DNA of 64,000 bases from the IMG/VR virus record IMGVR_UViG_3300001765_000035, positions 16,012-80,011 of that record; one strand, given 5' to 3'. Shown one piece after another: positions 1-10,369 of the stretch. Under the pieces are notes generated by a model. The model saw only the letters and a program-made list of their open reading frames with translations, made no database searches and had not been told where the DNA came from. Within the stretch, counting starts at the first letter, position 1; each line of letters starts with the position of its first letter. This stretch comes from a virus (taxonomy: Duplodnaviria; Heunggongvirae; Uroviricota; Caudoviricetes). The position numbers and the translations under genes were made by a program.

Positions 1-39
1 GATTCTAAAGCTACACTATTTGAAGGCAATACTACCCAG

Positions 40-1905
40 ATGATCAAAGGATATAGCAAAGAAATATTTGATGATAAGATTACAATGGAGATTGCACCTA
101 TAAGTGAACAGTCTGCTATGGAAGCTAGAGGGTATGAATTAAAAGAAGAGTTGCTGAAGAATGGAGCAGATAGATCAGTACCTATGGGTATCTATGTAGC
201 TACAACATTCGTTACTAATGAACGACTTAGAGCAGCAACTAGAATGACTAGAATGGGAGTTAAAGGTACATCTATTACAGATATATATTTTAAAGAAGGT
301 AGTACATTAGCTCAAAAAAAGATTGAGTTAGCAAAGATTAGGTTAGATAGAGAACGTACAAAAGTACTTAAGAGTATGGAAGAAGGTACTTACGTTTACA
401 ATGCGAATGACAATGTAGTTATGGCACCGATAATGGATGAGTTTGGGAATGTAACTGATTACCGTTATATGATGAACAAGGCATCAAAGAAGAAGTATCT
501 AGGGCAAGACACAAAAGTAAGTGATGTACTCGCTAGATCTTTTGGTAACAGTATTGATAAAGCTGGTACTAATGAGCATAACAAAAGAGTACTTGATCAC
601 ATACTAGAAGTAATGAAAGAGGATTGGATTCCAGGATCTACTGTAGGTAAGACAGGAATGGAATACATATTGATAGGACCGAAAGCTACTAATAAGGAAG
701 CTCAAGAAATTTACGCTGTATTACCACCGTCATTTAAGAATGCTATTAAAAAACATCCTCAAGAAACATTAGCTGTACCTAGATACTTGATGCATATGTA
801 CTTTGGGTATAGACATTTAAGTATTGTAGATTTCCCGGGATTAAAATATATAACTCCGGCATTTATACAAGGTCTTATTCGTATGGCAGAGACTATGTGG
901 ATAGAAGCTATAAAAGTACTTAAAGGTAGCATTTTAATGAAGATGCCTTTTATCCTTGTAGGAAATATAGTTAGTAATGTTGTGTATGCTATTATGACTG
1001 GAGAGGTAAATCCTAAAACATTGTTTATGGATTACAAGCAGAGTTTTGCAGATATACGAAAGTATATTAAAAATAACAGAGAGATTTCTAGACTTGAAAT
1101 AAAAGAAACTTCAAAGACTATTAAACCTGATGAGAAGAATAGACTTGCTATGCTACGAACTCAGAACAGTAAAAGTCCTATTGATGAACTTATGCAGATT
1201 GGTTTGTATCAAGCAGTTGCTGAAGATGTTGAAGCAATGGATGTAGAAAGTACTAACAAATGGAAACAGATTATAGATGAAAAACTAAAACCTATGCCTA
1301 CATTTGTTAAGACTCCGTTACAGTGGATGTACTTAAGTTCTGAAACTAGCTGGTATAAAGTTAACCAAGAAGTATTACAGATGTCAGATTTGATTGCTAG
1401 GGATGTTGAGAATAGACGTAGAAAGCGTATGGAGATTAGACAAGCTTCTGGCGATAGACCTTTGCCTTCATGGTGGGTAGATAAACATGGCAATGCTAAG
1501 TTAACTACGCAGAAACAGAAAGCAGCATTCTTTAAAGAAGCAGAAGCTATTCGTCATTATAGCTTACTAGAAAACTATGTAAACTATAACAAACCAGCCT
1601 CTAGATTAGAAGAGTACTTAAATCGTGTAGGTGCAATTATGTTTACGAAGTATACTAAAAATATACAGCGTGTAATTGCAACAAGTACGTACAAGTATCC
1701 TATCAATGCACTAGCACTGTTGTTAGGACAAGAATACTTGGTAGATGTGGAGACAATCCAAGATCAAGCCTTCTTCACTAGAAGTTGGTTTAACTTCGGC
1801 TATGGTCCTGGTGATGTATTACCATTCCACAGTCCGCTAGACCAAATCATGGAAATGATAACACCAGCAGTACTTAAACCAGAGACTTTAACGTTTATTC
1901 CGTAA
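40..1905 (+). CDS. hypothetical protein (621 aa); only large plus-strand ORF in the left part of the window
   Basis: Long uninterrupted ORF with no competing frame; no motif I can assign. Confidence 0.6.
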   Translation: MIKGYSKEIFDDKITMEIAPISEQSAMEARGYELKEELLKNGADRSVPMGIYVATTFVTNERLRAATRMTRMGVKGTSITDIYFKEGSTLAQKKIELAKIRLDRERTKVLKSMEEGTYVYNANDNVVMAPIMDEFGNVTDYRYMMNKASKKKYLGQDTKVSDVLARSFGNSIDKAGTNEHNKRVLDHILEVMKEDWIPGSTVGKTGMEYILIGPKATNKEAQEIYAVLPPSFKNAIKKHPQETLAVPRYLMHMYFGYRHLSIVDFPGLKYITPAFIQGLIRMAETMWIEAIKVLKGSILMKMPFILVGNIVSNVVYAIMTGEVNPKTLFMDYKQSFADIRKYIKNNREISRLEIKETSKTIKPDEKNRLAMLRTQNSKSPIDELMQIGLYQAVAEDVEAMDVESTNKWKQIIDEKLKPMPTFVKTPLQWMYLSSETSWYKVNQEVLQMSDLIARDVENRRRKRMEIRQASGDRPLPSWWVDKHGNAKLTTQKQKAAFFKEAEAIRHYSLLENYVNYNKPASRLEEYLNRVGAIMFTKYTKNIQRVIATSTYKYPINALALLLGQEYLVDVETIQDQAFFTRSWFNFGYGPGDVLPFHSPLDQIMEMITPAVLKPETLTFIP

Positions 1906-2058
1906 GTCCTGGAGAAAGTAAAATACTATAGCGATTGAACCTATAATAAATAACCCTATACCGAAAATATAGATTAAGTACATAGATATGATTGCGAGAA
2001 AAGCTATCAGTAGGAAAGTAAATACTATACCTACTGACTTGATTAAATTTTGAATCAT
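1888..2058 (-). CDS. small membrane protein (56 aa, two hydrophobic segments), translationally coupled to the upstream membrane protein
   Basis: Hand-translated MIQNLIKSVGIVFTFLLIAFLAIISMYLIYIFGIGLFIIGSIAIVFYFLQDLRNKR. ATGA overlap with the stop of 2055..2333. AAAGGA Shine-Dalgarno 6 nt upstream. Shorter than the ORF-track cutoff. Confidence 0.35.
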   Translation of the reverse strand: MIQNLIKSVGIVFTFLLIAFLAIISMYLIYIFGIGLFIIGSIAIVFYFLQDLRNKR

Positions 2059-2333
2059 CTAGATCCTTTTCGTTTAGTCCTTCTTAAAAACTCTTTAAGA
2101 TATCCGTTATCACCGCTGAAAAATTTTGGAGGACTAGCGTATAAATATGCACTAATAAATGCAGAAGCTATAGTACCAACTACAAGCCCTGCGTATGAAC
2201 CTCCAAAAACTGCACTAAGCAGTACAAGAAGTAGTGCATCAAAAATAGCATCTTCATAACGTTTACTCTCAACTTTCATTTTAATAACAATAAGATTGGC
2301 TGCTGTTGCAAAGCCTATAAGTAAAAATTCCAT
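2055..2333 (-). CDS. small membrane protein (92 aa, 2 TM, charged C-terminus); holin-like
   Basis: AGGAAA SD before the ATG. Hydrophobic helices then an RRTKRKGSR tail. Preferred over the overlapping plus ORF 2050..2259. Confidence 0.5.
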   Translation of the reverse strand: MEFLLIGFATAANLIVIKMKVESKRYEDAIFDALLLVLLSAVFGGSYAGLVVGTIASAFISAYLYASPPKFFSGDNGYLKEFLRRTKRKGSR

Positions 2334-2453
2334 TACGATTTTCCTTCTATATAGTCAGACATTTGCATATATGAAAGTACCTCCTTAACAGTTGGTGATG
2401 CTTTATGTACACTATATAAATAATCGTATACTCTTTTATATTCTTTTTCCATG

Positions 2454-2915
2454 TTAACTCCTTTGGTCTAGTATTTTTTGTAATACGACTTCTGGGCCTA
2501 CGAACTCAGGCGGTTTAATAAGTTTACCATGTTCATCTCTAGGCATACCTAGCTTTTGAGTATTTGCATGATTTACTGCAAGAATACCTTGCTGTATTTG
2601 TTGTGGGTTTAAACCTAATTTACCTAATGATCCAATAGCGAATACGATAGCATCAATAGCTTTATCGAAACGATCTACATCATTTAGTACCCATGGTTTT
2701 TGATGTCCTAAAGATACTATAAATCTTGAAAGTTCTTTTGGGCAATCATGAAATCTTTCATGGAGTTCAAGTTGTTTTCCTAGTTCAGGTAAAGAAGTAA
2801 GTCCTTCAAGTGCTTCTTCTATTTGAAAACTAGATTCTAGAAAATCGTTATAAGCATGTTCTAGATTGCCTGCATCTTTTTGCCATTGATACACAGCTTT
2901 AATTGGATTTTGCAT
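2454..2915 (-). CDS. hypothetical protein; possible all-alpha NTP pyrophosphohydrolase (MazG-like)
   Basis: 153 aa; IEEALEGL and DVDRFDKAIDAIV acidic motifs resemble MazG/HisE-type NTP-PPases; placement among dNTP-metabolism genes. Confidence 0.35.
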   Translation of the reverse strand: MQNPIKAVYQWQKDAGNLEHAYNDFLESSFQIEEALEGLTSLPELGKQLELHERFHDCPKELSRFIVSLGHQKPWVLNDVDRFDKAIDAIVFAIGSLGKLGLNPQQIQQGILAVNHANTQKLGMPRDEHGKLIKPPEFVGPEVVLQKILDQRS

Positions 2916-2918
2916 TGA

Positions 2919-3326
2919 CTATCCTTTATGTTGTCTGTAGTTAATTCTACATTTTTTTAAAAATTTCAAGCCATGGTCACTTTTGTAAAAGTCTTTATAT
3001 ATGACTTCTGAGATACCGGCTGCAGCCATGGCTTTAGCGCACTGTTCACAGGGATTGTGTGTGATGTATACTTTAGCGCCTTCGAGGCTGATACCTTTAC
3101 GAGCAGCATAGAATACTAGATTCTGTTCAGCATGTATAGTTGTATCTTTAGTCTTGTAGTTTTCATCTTCACAACAGTTATTTGTTCCTGCTATAGTACC
3201 ATTGTAGCCGGTAACTAGTACTCTACCATCTCTAACAGCTACAGCACCTACTTGTAATTTCTTACAGTAGGATTGTTGTGCAAATAGCACAGCAGTTTCT
3301 ATCATGACGGTATCGTACTTTGTCAT
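2919..3326 (-). CDS. dCMP (deoxycytidylate) deaminase
   Basis: HAEQN zinc-binding motif and PCEQCAKAM motif of cytidine/dCMP deaminase family; 135 aa. Confidence 0.8.
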   Translation of the reverse strand: MTKYDTVMIETAVLFAQQSYCKKLQVGAVAVRDGRVLVTGYNGTIAGTNNCCEDENYKTKDTTIHAEQNLVFYAARKGISLEGAKVYITHNPCEQCAKAMAAAGISEVIYKDFYKSDHGLKFLKKCRINYRQHKG

Positions 3327-4696
3327 CTTTTTACCTTTGAGAATGTAGTTTCTGCAAATTCTGCAATGTTTGATCTTAATATTTTTGTAAGAGGTACTGC
3401 ATAAAGTTTAACGTTAGTTTGTTCTTTAGTACAAGCATCTAACAATACAGATAGACCATTTGTATGTTTAGTAATATACGGATGATCGATTTGTTTATTT
3501 GATCCCATGATGATCAGTTTACACTGTTCACCAACTCTAGTAAGTACTTTTTGAAATGAAGAAGCTGTTTGGTTCTGGCTTTCATCCATAATAATTACAG
3601 TTCCTTTTTTAAAAGTACGTCCACGTAAACCTAGAGTAGTTATTGTAGTGATACAGTAACGAAGTTTCATTTCTTCGACTTGTTCATCCACAAAATCTTC
3701 AAAGGCTTTACCTTTTAGTTTAGAACTTTTATATCTGTTTCTTACGATAAAATCTAAAGTATCATCTACAGGTCCAAAGTAAGGAGCTACTTTTTCATCA
3801 TTACCTGAACGAAAGCCCATCTCTTCAGCTTTTTCAACATCATCCACAGAGTTTCTGATATAAATAATTTGATTGTAGTCTTTCTTCTTTACTAATTGCA
3901 AAGCGTTAGAGAAAGCAGTTAATGTTTTACCTGTTCCTGCTGAGGCTTCACAGACAACAATATCAATGTTAGGGTTTTGTATGGCACGAGCTAAGAACAG
4001 CTGTCCAGAGTTTGCTGGAGCTACATCTTGACGACGTAGTTCAGTTTCTGTATCTTTACCTAATACATCTACCATTCCATTACGTAGATTAGCAAGTTTA
4101 GTTTGTCCTGTAGTTTCATCAGCGAATATGTAATTGTAATTAGCAGGTACGTATTCAGGATCTACATCAAGGATAAGCATATTGTGTAGTTTAACAAATA
4201 CACTAGAAGGTATTGTTAACTGTTTTGTGAACTTATCTTCACTAATTTCTACAAGTTTTAAGTCTATAGAATTAATTCCATATACTAATGCTCGTTCTCT
4301 ACACATTACATCATTAGACATAAATGTTACCTTGTGACCTAAGTCAGCAAAGAATTTTGTAGCTTGAAGTATCTTACGATCATTTCTAATGTTAACTTCA
4401 GAATCGTCAAACACATCGTATTTTGTTAGTGAGATAGTTTTAATAATAACATCTTCATACTGTCGAGTTACAATAGCATGAGTATCTGTAACTAAAATAT
4501 CAACAATAGTAGTATTGGTTAATATTCGTCCAAACTGTCTTGCTTGAAATCGTAGATCTGGTTTGTCATCTGTTTTTTTAACATCTAATTCATCAATAAC
4601 AGTTTCAGGTAAGACTATTATATAGTCTTTCCCTAAAGTAAGTAAATTATTTGCATCTAGTAGTAATATGTTTGTGTCTAATATTAGATACTCCAT
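3323..4696 (-). CDS. phoH: PhoH-like ATPase with N-terminal PIN-like domain (PhoH2-type)
   Basis: Walker A GTGKT and DE Walker B region in the C-terminal half; ~150 aa N-terminal extension consistent with a PIN domain; 457 aa. Confidence 0.75.
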   Translation of the reverse strand: MEYLILDTNILLLDANNLLTLGKDYIIVLPETVIDELDVKKTDDKPDLRFQARQFGRILTNTTIVDILVTDTHAIVTRQYEDVIIKTISLTKYDVFDDSEVNIRNDRKILQATKFFADLGHKVTFMSNDVMCRERALVYGINSIDLKLVEISEDKFTKQLTIPSSVFVKLHNMLILDVDPEYVPANYNYIFADETTGQTKLANLRNGMVDVLGKDTETELRRQDVAPANSGQLFLARAIQNPNIDIVVCEASAGTGKTLTAFSNALQLVKKKDYNQIIYIRNSVDDVEKAEEMGFRSGNDEKVAPYFGPVDDTLDFIVRNRYKSSKLKGKAFEDFVDEQVEEMKLRYCITTITTLGLRGRTFKKGTVIIMDESQNQTASSFQKVLTRVGEQCKLIIMGSNKQIDHPYITKHTNGLSVLLDACTKEQTNVKLYAVPLTKILRSNIAEFAETTFSKVKR

Positions 4697-4700
4697 ATGA

Positions 4701-5315
4701 TTACTCGCTAGGTTTAGTTGTTTTATCAGAGATTCTAGGAATTACTTCTTTACGAAGTAACTTACATCTTGTATCCCAACGTGCAACTACTTCTTCTTTA
4801 CCCATCCACATATCTTTACCGTCGATTACTTCAGTCATTTCTGTATCAGTTAGGAAACCTCTATAGAATGTCTTGAACGCATCGTTGAGAGATTTATCTG
4901 TGAACTCTTGTCTAGCTTTCATCTCATGACCTTTACCCATCATGCCTGCACTGTAGTTGTGAATCATGAATGATGTGTGATCAGCGATTGTAAGCTTGTC
5001 ACAAGCAAGTGCAATCATAGTACCGGCAGATGCAACTGTACCTGTAAGGTGTGCTGTTACTGTAGCTTTAGATGTTTTGATAGCATCAATTACCATGAAA
5101 GCTGAATCAATCATACCGCCTGGGGTATTGATATGAAGAGTAAAAGTTTCATGTTCATTAGCATTGTGTAACGTATGATATAGTTCAGCATAATCAAATG
5201 GTTCGTTTATACTGTCACATACATACGCATCAGTATGGAAATTTGTTTTGATAATTGGTATTGTATTCTCCCAAGGATTTTCAGCCTCAGTAGATAGGGA
5301 TGGTTTTTTTCTCAT
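4701..5315 (-). CDS. ClpP-family serine peptidase
   Basis: GTVASAGT serine motif and MIHN histidine motif, spaced as in ClpP; 204 aa. Confidence 0.65.
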   Translation of the reverse strand: MRKKPSLSTEAENPWENTIPIIKTNFHTDAYVCDSINEPFDYAELYHTLHNANEHETFTLHINTPGGMIDSAFMVIDAIKTSKATVTAHLTGTVASAGTMIALACDKLTIADHTSFMIHNYSAGMMGKGHEMKARQEFTDKSLNDAFKTFYRGFLTDTEMTEVIDGKDMWMGKEEVVARWDTRCKLLRKEVIPRISDKTTKPSE

Positions 5316-5620
5316 TTTAGTTTTCCTTCATATTGTGTTTGTTTTATTGCAAATCCGGCTAAAGCCCATATTTGTTCTCTAGCATTATCAAATGCAATTT
5401 GTTTTCCTAACGTTTCGTCAAAATTTTCCATTGAGATTGCTGCGGACTTACCAACAACAACGTACGTATTCTTTAATACAAGAGCACATATAGTAGTTGT
5501 AGTATTAGGTACATGAAAGTATTCTGCATACTCAATAGCGTTGTCTATATCTTGTGGAGTAAGACGTAAAGCTGTTAGCTTCTTGTCCTGAATTGTTTTT
5601 TCTATTTCAGCTTCTGTCAT
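5312..5620 (-). CDS. hypothetical protein
   Basis: ORF with start overlapping the upstream stop (operon packing). Confidence 0.5.
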   Translation of the reverse strand: MTEAEIEKTIQDKKLTALRLTPQDIDNAIEYAEYFHVPNTTTTICALVLKNTYVVVGKSAAISMENFDETLGKQIAFDNAREQIWALAGFAIKQTQYEGKLK

Positions 5621-5964
5621 ACTTCAATACCTTGTAGTTCTTTAACGATCAACTCAGCATATCCTGCAATGTCTTTCCACGAATCATCGTAAAATGCGTC
5701 TCCATTAGCAATTCTGCCTAGTTTATGACAGATCATTGTTAGAGCTTCTATTTGAGAAGGTGATAGATTTGGTCCTTGCGGATGTGTTTGTCCATAATGT
5801 GAAAATATAGCTGTACGTAATGTCAATGATATATGTGCATGGTTTTTAAATGAGCCATAGCGTGATCCTCTTTGTTTAAGAGTTTCATCAACAGTCATTG
5901 TAGTATCTTCTCCAGCATCATTACTAGTTACAGCTTCTAGAATTACTTCTTCTTCGGGTTTCAT
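5617..5964 (-). CDS. hypothetical protein
   Basis: ORF, overlapping stop/start with neighbour. Confidence 0.5.
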   Translation of the reverse strand: MKPEEEVILEAVTSNDAGEDTTMTVDETLKQRGSRYGSFKNHAHISLTLRTAIFSHYGQTHPQGPNLSPSQIEALTMICHKLGRIANGDAFYDDSWKDIAGYAELIVKELQGIEV

Positions 5965-5998
5965 AGGTTATTTCCTTTTATGTTTAGTAGTAGAATGC

Positions 5999-7732
5999 CT
6001 AGCCTTCACAGGCTGAACATTCTGATTTATCTACTTTGTAGGTAGATTCTTCGTTTGTACTATAGATATAGTATAAAGAGTGTATAAATTCATCTCTAAA
6101 TGCAATATCGTGTAGTCTAGATATTTCTTCTTCTGTTTCTTCTGCTGTGATATACAAGTTCAATGATTGTCCTTGTCCACCGCCACCTTCAGACATAATC
6201 TTTTGTCTATGAGATCCCATTAACAAAATTGTTTCTTGGTTTCTTTCAAAAGCAGTTCTGTACACCTTTTTTTCATGATCTGTAAGCCAATCTTCTCCTT
6301 GAACGGATCCTTGAGCTTCAGCAATACGTCTCATTACTTCTTCGGTATACATATTACGCTCTTTCATTAACTTTAAGAACGGAGGGTTGATTCTATAAAT
6401 CATACCGCCTGCTGTATCTTGTTCATATACATTTGCATATACTGGTGCTATACCTTCAGATACACCACCCATAATAATTGCTGTAGATTTAGTTGGAGGT
6501 AAAGCTAGTCTATGAGAAAATCTTTCTCCATAACCTTGCATCCATTCTGGTTCACCTACTTCTCTAGCTAATAGCTTTGACGCTGCAAGAGTCTCTCTAT
6601 CCATTTCTTTCATAAGCATTTGATTAAACTGGATAGATTGGAAATCACCGAACTCCCAATTTTTAATCTGAAAGTATGTAGATTGTCCTAATTGACCTAG
6701 ACCAATAGCTCTAGATTTTTCAGTGAATGCTACAATTCTTTCAAAACCAGGTTCTGTTTTTGCTTTGATTAGCATATCAGACATTACAGCATCTAGTAAA
6801 AATGTTGCAATTTGAATAGCATAAGTATCTTTCCATTCATCGTATTTTGATACGTTCATAGATGATAGTACACAAGTAAATGAGTGATCTTTATCATTCA
6901 TTAATGCTATTTCAGCGCATAAGTTTGAGTGTTTAACATAGAATTTCCTATCTACATACATCTTAGGTCTGTATCTATTTACTTTATCTAGAAAGAACCA
7001 GTAGCCTTTACCTTTTGTCATCTTTGTACGAAGTAATCGCTTCCATATGTAATCAGCTCTATCTAAATCTTTATTAAATAGATCTGCATATTCATCTGTG
7101 ATGTTCCATCCGATATTCCATCCTGTATCATCAGACATTATTTGATCACAAAGCTCATCGAAATCCGGATGAAGTACGTTTAAATACTGTCCTACGGATC
7201 CTCTTCTAGTTCCTTGTGATACTTCTTTCATATCATCAACTACACCTTGGGCTGGTTGCATGATACCATTTGCAGTACCACCTTTAGATATTAGAGATCC
7301 TCTGAATCTTACAGCGTCTAAACACCATGAAGTACCATACCCACGTTGAGTTAGTTGTGCTATTTCTCGTCTTGCTGTATAAAAATCTCTGATATTATCC
7401 ATTAGATTAGTACCAGAACATGCAATTGGATGTCCTTTATTGTTACCCATATTCGTTAGAATAGGAGTAGACGGTGATACCCATCCTTTCCATAATACAT
7501 CGATATAAGCATCATACCAAGAGTCATAACCTAAATATGAAGGGATTGTAAATTCCGTTAATTCTGCGGCTCTTTTAGCGATCCTGACATACATATCTCT
7601 AGGTGTTTCTGCTGTGTCTAGGTAGTTTTGTTCTGTTAGTAATTGGAAACTAGCAGTAGACATCCATTCAGGTATTAATCCGTCTCTTTGAAACTGTTTA
7701 CGTTGATGACTTAATCTTTCGTATTTATTCAT
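5999..7732 (-). CDS. nrdA: ribonucleotide reductase large (alpha) subunit
   Basis: NLCAEIAL active-site motif, C-terminal CSACEG cysteine pair, 577 aa. Confidence 0.85.
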   Translation of the reverse strand: MNKYERLSHQRKQFQRDGLIPEWMSTASFQLLTEQNYLDTAETPRDMYVRIAKRAAELTEFTIPSYLGYDSWYDAYIDVLWKGWVSPSTPILTNMGNNKGHPIACSGTNLMDNIRDFYTARREIAQLTQRGYGTSWCLDAVRFRGSLISKGGTANGIMQPAQGVVDDMKEVSQGTRRGSVGQYLNVLHPDFDELCDQIMSDDTGWNIGWNITDEYADLFNKDLDRADYIWKRLLRTKMTKGKGYWFFLDKVNRYRPKMYVDRKFYVKHSNLCAEIALMNDKDHSFTCVLSSMNVSKYDEWKDTYAIQIATFLLDAVMSDMLIKAKTEPGFERIVAFTEKSRAIGLGQLGQSTYFQIKNWEFGDFQSIQFNQMLMKEMDRETLAASKLLAREVGEPEWMQGYGERFSHRLALPPTKSTAIIMGGVSEGIAPVYANVYEQDTAGGMIYRINPPFLKLMKERNMYTEEVMRRIAEAQGSVQGEDWLTDHEKKVYRTAFERNQETILLMGSHRQKIMSEGGGGQGQSLNLYITAEETEEEISRLHDIAFRDEFIHSLYYIYSTNEESTYKVDKSECSACEG

Positions 7733-8735
7733 TAGTATCTCCTTTTATAAACGGAATTCTGGTAAAGTTATCAAATTTCCATCCTCTACGATACTGTGAA
7801 TTTCCTGACGCAAAAAAATCATGAGTCTTAAGACCTTTGGTTCCTTTATAGAACCAAGTTCCAATAGGGTTGTTTTCAACAGTATAATACGGATCATATC
7901 CTATACTTTCTAGTACCCAGTTTGCTCTAGAGCGTATGAATAGCTTTAGCTGATTTCCTGTAATATCGTTTATAGCGGTATTTCCAGGAAAGGTATAGTC
8001 GATTACAGCATCTTCATGAGATACGATTTCGTGAACTACTTCAAGTATCTGAGAGTGTAGTCCAGTAAGATCATATAAATTGAATCTTTCATTTTCTTGT
8101 AGATAAGTAAGGAATAATCCTTTTGCTAACTCTCCATGAATTTGCTCATCTTGAATTACATAATCTACACCTGTTAGTGTATATTTAATTAAGTTATTAC
8201 CGTTAGCTTTAAACGATTTTAACATGGCAAAGTTACTAAATAACAATACCTGTTCTACTAACGCTACTGTAGCTAAGGACAATGGTTTATTTTCGTCTAA
8301 GTTAGATGTAATATATTCTATCAGATTTAACTTATTTCTCAATACTTGTATAGTTTGTTGATTTTTTGCGGTTTCTTCCGGATCGATGTTTAAAACATCT
8401 GACATTTTTTGATAGAAGAAAGCATGAACTGCTTTTTCCATTCGCTCTACTTCAGTGCAAGCACCTTCGATTTCAGAATGTGGAAACCATTTAGCGATTT
8501 TTGCCCAGATGTCTCCAACTTTTTGTTCGATTTCTACAAAGAGTTGTAGGGTAATAGTATTTAGATGTAGTTGTTCTGGTGACATTACAGATTTAAAATC
8601 ATGAATATCATTCTCTACAGGTATTTCCTGAGCAGTCCAAGTTACATCTTGCTGTTGTTCCATAATCTCTTTTATTTCTGGGTATAAATATAGTCCAAAT
8701 AGGGGATTAGGAGTTTCAATTGGGAGTGTTTTCAT
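7725..8735 (-). CDS. nrdB: ribonucleotide reductase small (beta) subunit
   Basis: Di-iron ligand pattern (E..H repeats, IQDEQIHGEL), 336 aa, directly downstream of nrdA with overlapping start. Confidence 0.8.
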   Translation of the reverse strand: MKTLPIETPNPLFGLYLYPEIKEIMEQQQDVTWTAQEIPVENDIHDFKSVMSPEQLHLNTITLQLFVEIEQKVGDIWAKIAKWFPHSEIEGACTEVERMEKAVHAFFYQKMSDVLNIDPEETAKNQQTIQVLRNKLNLIEYITSNLDENKPLSLATVALVEQVLLFSNFAMLKSFKANGNNLIKYTLTGVDYVIQDEQIHGELAKGLFLTYLQENERFNLYDLTGLHSQILEVVHEIVSHEDAVIDYTFPGNTAINDITGNQLKLFIRSRANWVLESIGYDPYYTVENNPIGTWFYKGTKGLKTHDFFASGNSQYRRGWKFDNFTRIPFIKGDTNE

Positions 8736-8804
8736 TAGTTATTGGATCCTTATTTTTGTATTCTAACCATAATTATACACAAAAGAGGTTAAAGAAAATT
8801 GAAA

Positions 8805-9371
8805 CTAGTCAGCTTCAACTTCTTTTTCGAATAAGTAGCGCAACTCAAACGGTATAGCTTCAAACATAGCATCTGCTACTTCACGAATGTGAAAGTGTGC
8901 CGCTCTTGATCTACGTAGTTCAAAGAAGTTCATTAATGATCTTGCGTTGAATTGTACTTGCCACTTGTATTGATAAGCCTGTGGAAGCATCAAAGATGTT
9001 ATTTCGTTAGACTTACCAGAAGCTACAAAGGCTGTAATAATACTATTCCATGTAGCTAAAGCAGCATCGACTTCTTCATCACCTGTAGATTCAAATATGA
9101 TTTCACCTTTATTCAAAGTATATCGACTTGATTTACAAGCATAGTTAGCGTGTCTATGTCTAGTCATTTCTAAAAGTACTTTAGTAGATGCTTCAATTTC
9201 AAATATAAAATTTGTGAATTCTATAGTACTTGAATGCTTATGTTTAAGAGCGACTTTTTTGATACGTTTATCACGCTTATCCGGATCAGTATAGCAGCCC
9301 TTATCATAACATAGTCCTATGGCATTATCAGAGAATATTAATCCATTAGTATGTAATAAACGTACTTCCAT
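8805..9371 (-). CDS. thyX: flavin-dependent thymidylate synthase
   Basis: ThyX signature RHRHANYACKSS (RHR-x7-S), 188 aa. Confidence 0.8.
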   Translation of the reverse strand: MEVRLLHTNGLIFSDNAIGLCYDKGCYTDPDKRDKRIKKVALKHKHSSTIEFTNFIFEIEASTKVLLEMTRHRHANYACKSSRYTLNKGEIIFESTGDEEVDAALATWNSIITAFVASGKSNEITSLMLPQAYQYKWQVQFNARSLMNFFELRRSRAAHFHIREVADAMFEAIPFELRYLFEKEVEAD

Positions 9372-9373
9372 AG

Positions 9374-9652
9374 TTAAGCTACTTTAGTTTTTAGAGCGTT
9401 GAAAGGTCTAAACTTAGGTGTCTTCGAACCATTTGTTCTTGTATACTTTTCAAATTTACCAAATCCGCTGATGCGTACCTCTGTACCTTTTACGATAGTA
9501 TCTGTGATGATATCTAGAAATTCATTTAGAAATTCTTTAGCGGCTTTCTTAGTCTGAAAATGCTCTGTAGCTGCGATTGCGTTAATTAGTTCTTGCTTGT
9601 TCATTTGTATATCCTTATATAAGAGTATGTATTTAGGGTTTACAAAGGACAT
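9374..9652 (-). CDS. HU/IHF-family histone-like DNA-binding protein
   Basis: 92 aa; ISGFGKFE..R..R.PF arm motif typical of HU. Confidence 0.8.
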   Translation of the reverse strand: MSFVNPKYILLYKDIQMNKQELINAIAATEHFQTKKAAKEFLNEFLDIITDTIVKGTEVRISGFGKFEKYTRTNGSKTPKFRPFNALKTKVA

Positions 9653-9700
9653 CAGCAGAGCTAGTTAATACTAACCCTAACTGCCTAAGACCTATGTAGC

Positions 9701-10369
9701 TTACTTAGCGAATCTGCTACGTTTAGTAGACTCTGCCGCTGGTTTTTCTGAATCGTTACCGCTACGTCTAGCGTCGATCATTGCTTTTACTTCTGCTTCA
9801 GTTACGTCTTTGTAACCTACATCTTCAAAGTACTTAGACTGTTTTTCGAAACGAATACCAGCTTCAGTTTCATTGATGATTTCATCACCAGAAGCATTAT
9901 CTTCTGTTCTAAAGATACCTTTTACGAGTCTTGAATCACCGATCTCACCATTAGACTTTTTATAGAAGTCTTGTTTGATCCATAGTTTAACAGGTACATC
10001 TTCAAACTCTTCAAAGATTGCTACGTCTTTCATAGCACCACCTTTACCGATTGGTAGAGAAGCCTCTGTAGGTTCGAAGTTTGTATCCAAATCTACACCC
10101 GCAATAGTACATAGTGTTCCGAAAGTTTTTTGATTACCTTCTAGTACAGTTTTGTTATCATAAGTTGCCATTGGAAGTGCACCATAAAGCATTTGCTTAT
10201 TGTCGTTTCCTAGATCTACATAGAAACCTAATGACACAGCACCGTTTTCGTTTTGATCTACTGTTATAGCTGTAATGACTACATCGTAGATACCTGATGT
10301 TGAAATGAAAGATGATCCACCGCTACCTTTAGCGACGTCTTCTTTTGTAATACTTAATTTAAATGACAT
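9701..10369 (-). CDS. hypothetical protein (222 aa)
   Basis: ORF in the replication-gene block; position suggests ssDNA-binding role but no diagnostic motif. Confidence 0.5.
   Translation of the reverse strand: MSFKLSITKEDVAKGSGGSSFISTSGIYDVVITAITVDQNENGAVSLGFYVDLGNDNKQMLYGALPMATYDNKTVLEGNQKTFGTLCTIAGVDLDTNFEPTEASLPIGKGGAMKDVAIFEEFEDVPVKLWIKQDFYKKSNGEIGDSRLVKGIFRTEDNASGDEIINETEAGIRFEKQSKYFEDVGYKDVTEAEVKAMIDARRSGNDSEKPAAESTKRSRFAK

Noticed and set aside
2050-2259. Plus-strand ORF overlapping the 92-aa membrane protein gene
   Set aside because: No SD. The opposite-strand ORF has an AGGAAA SD and membrane-protein character, and fits the leftward operon.
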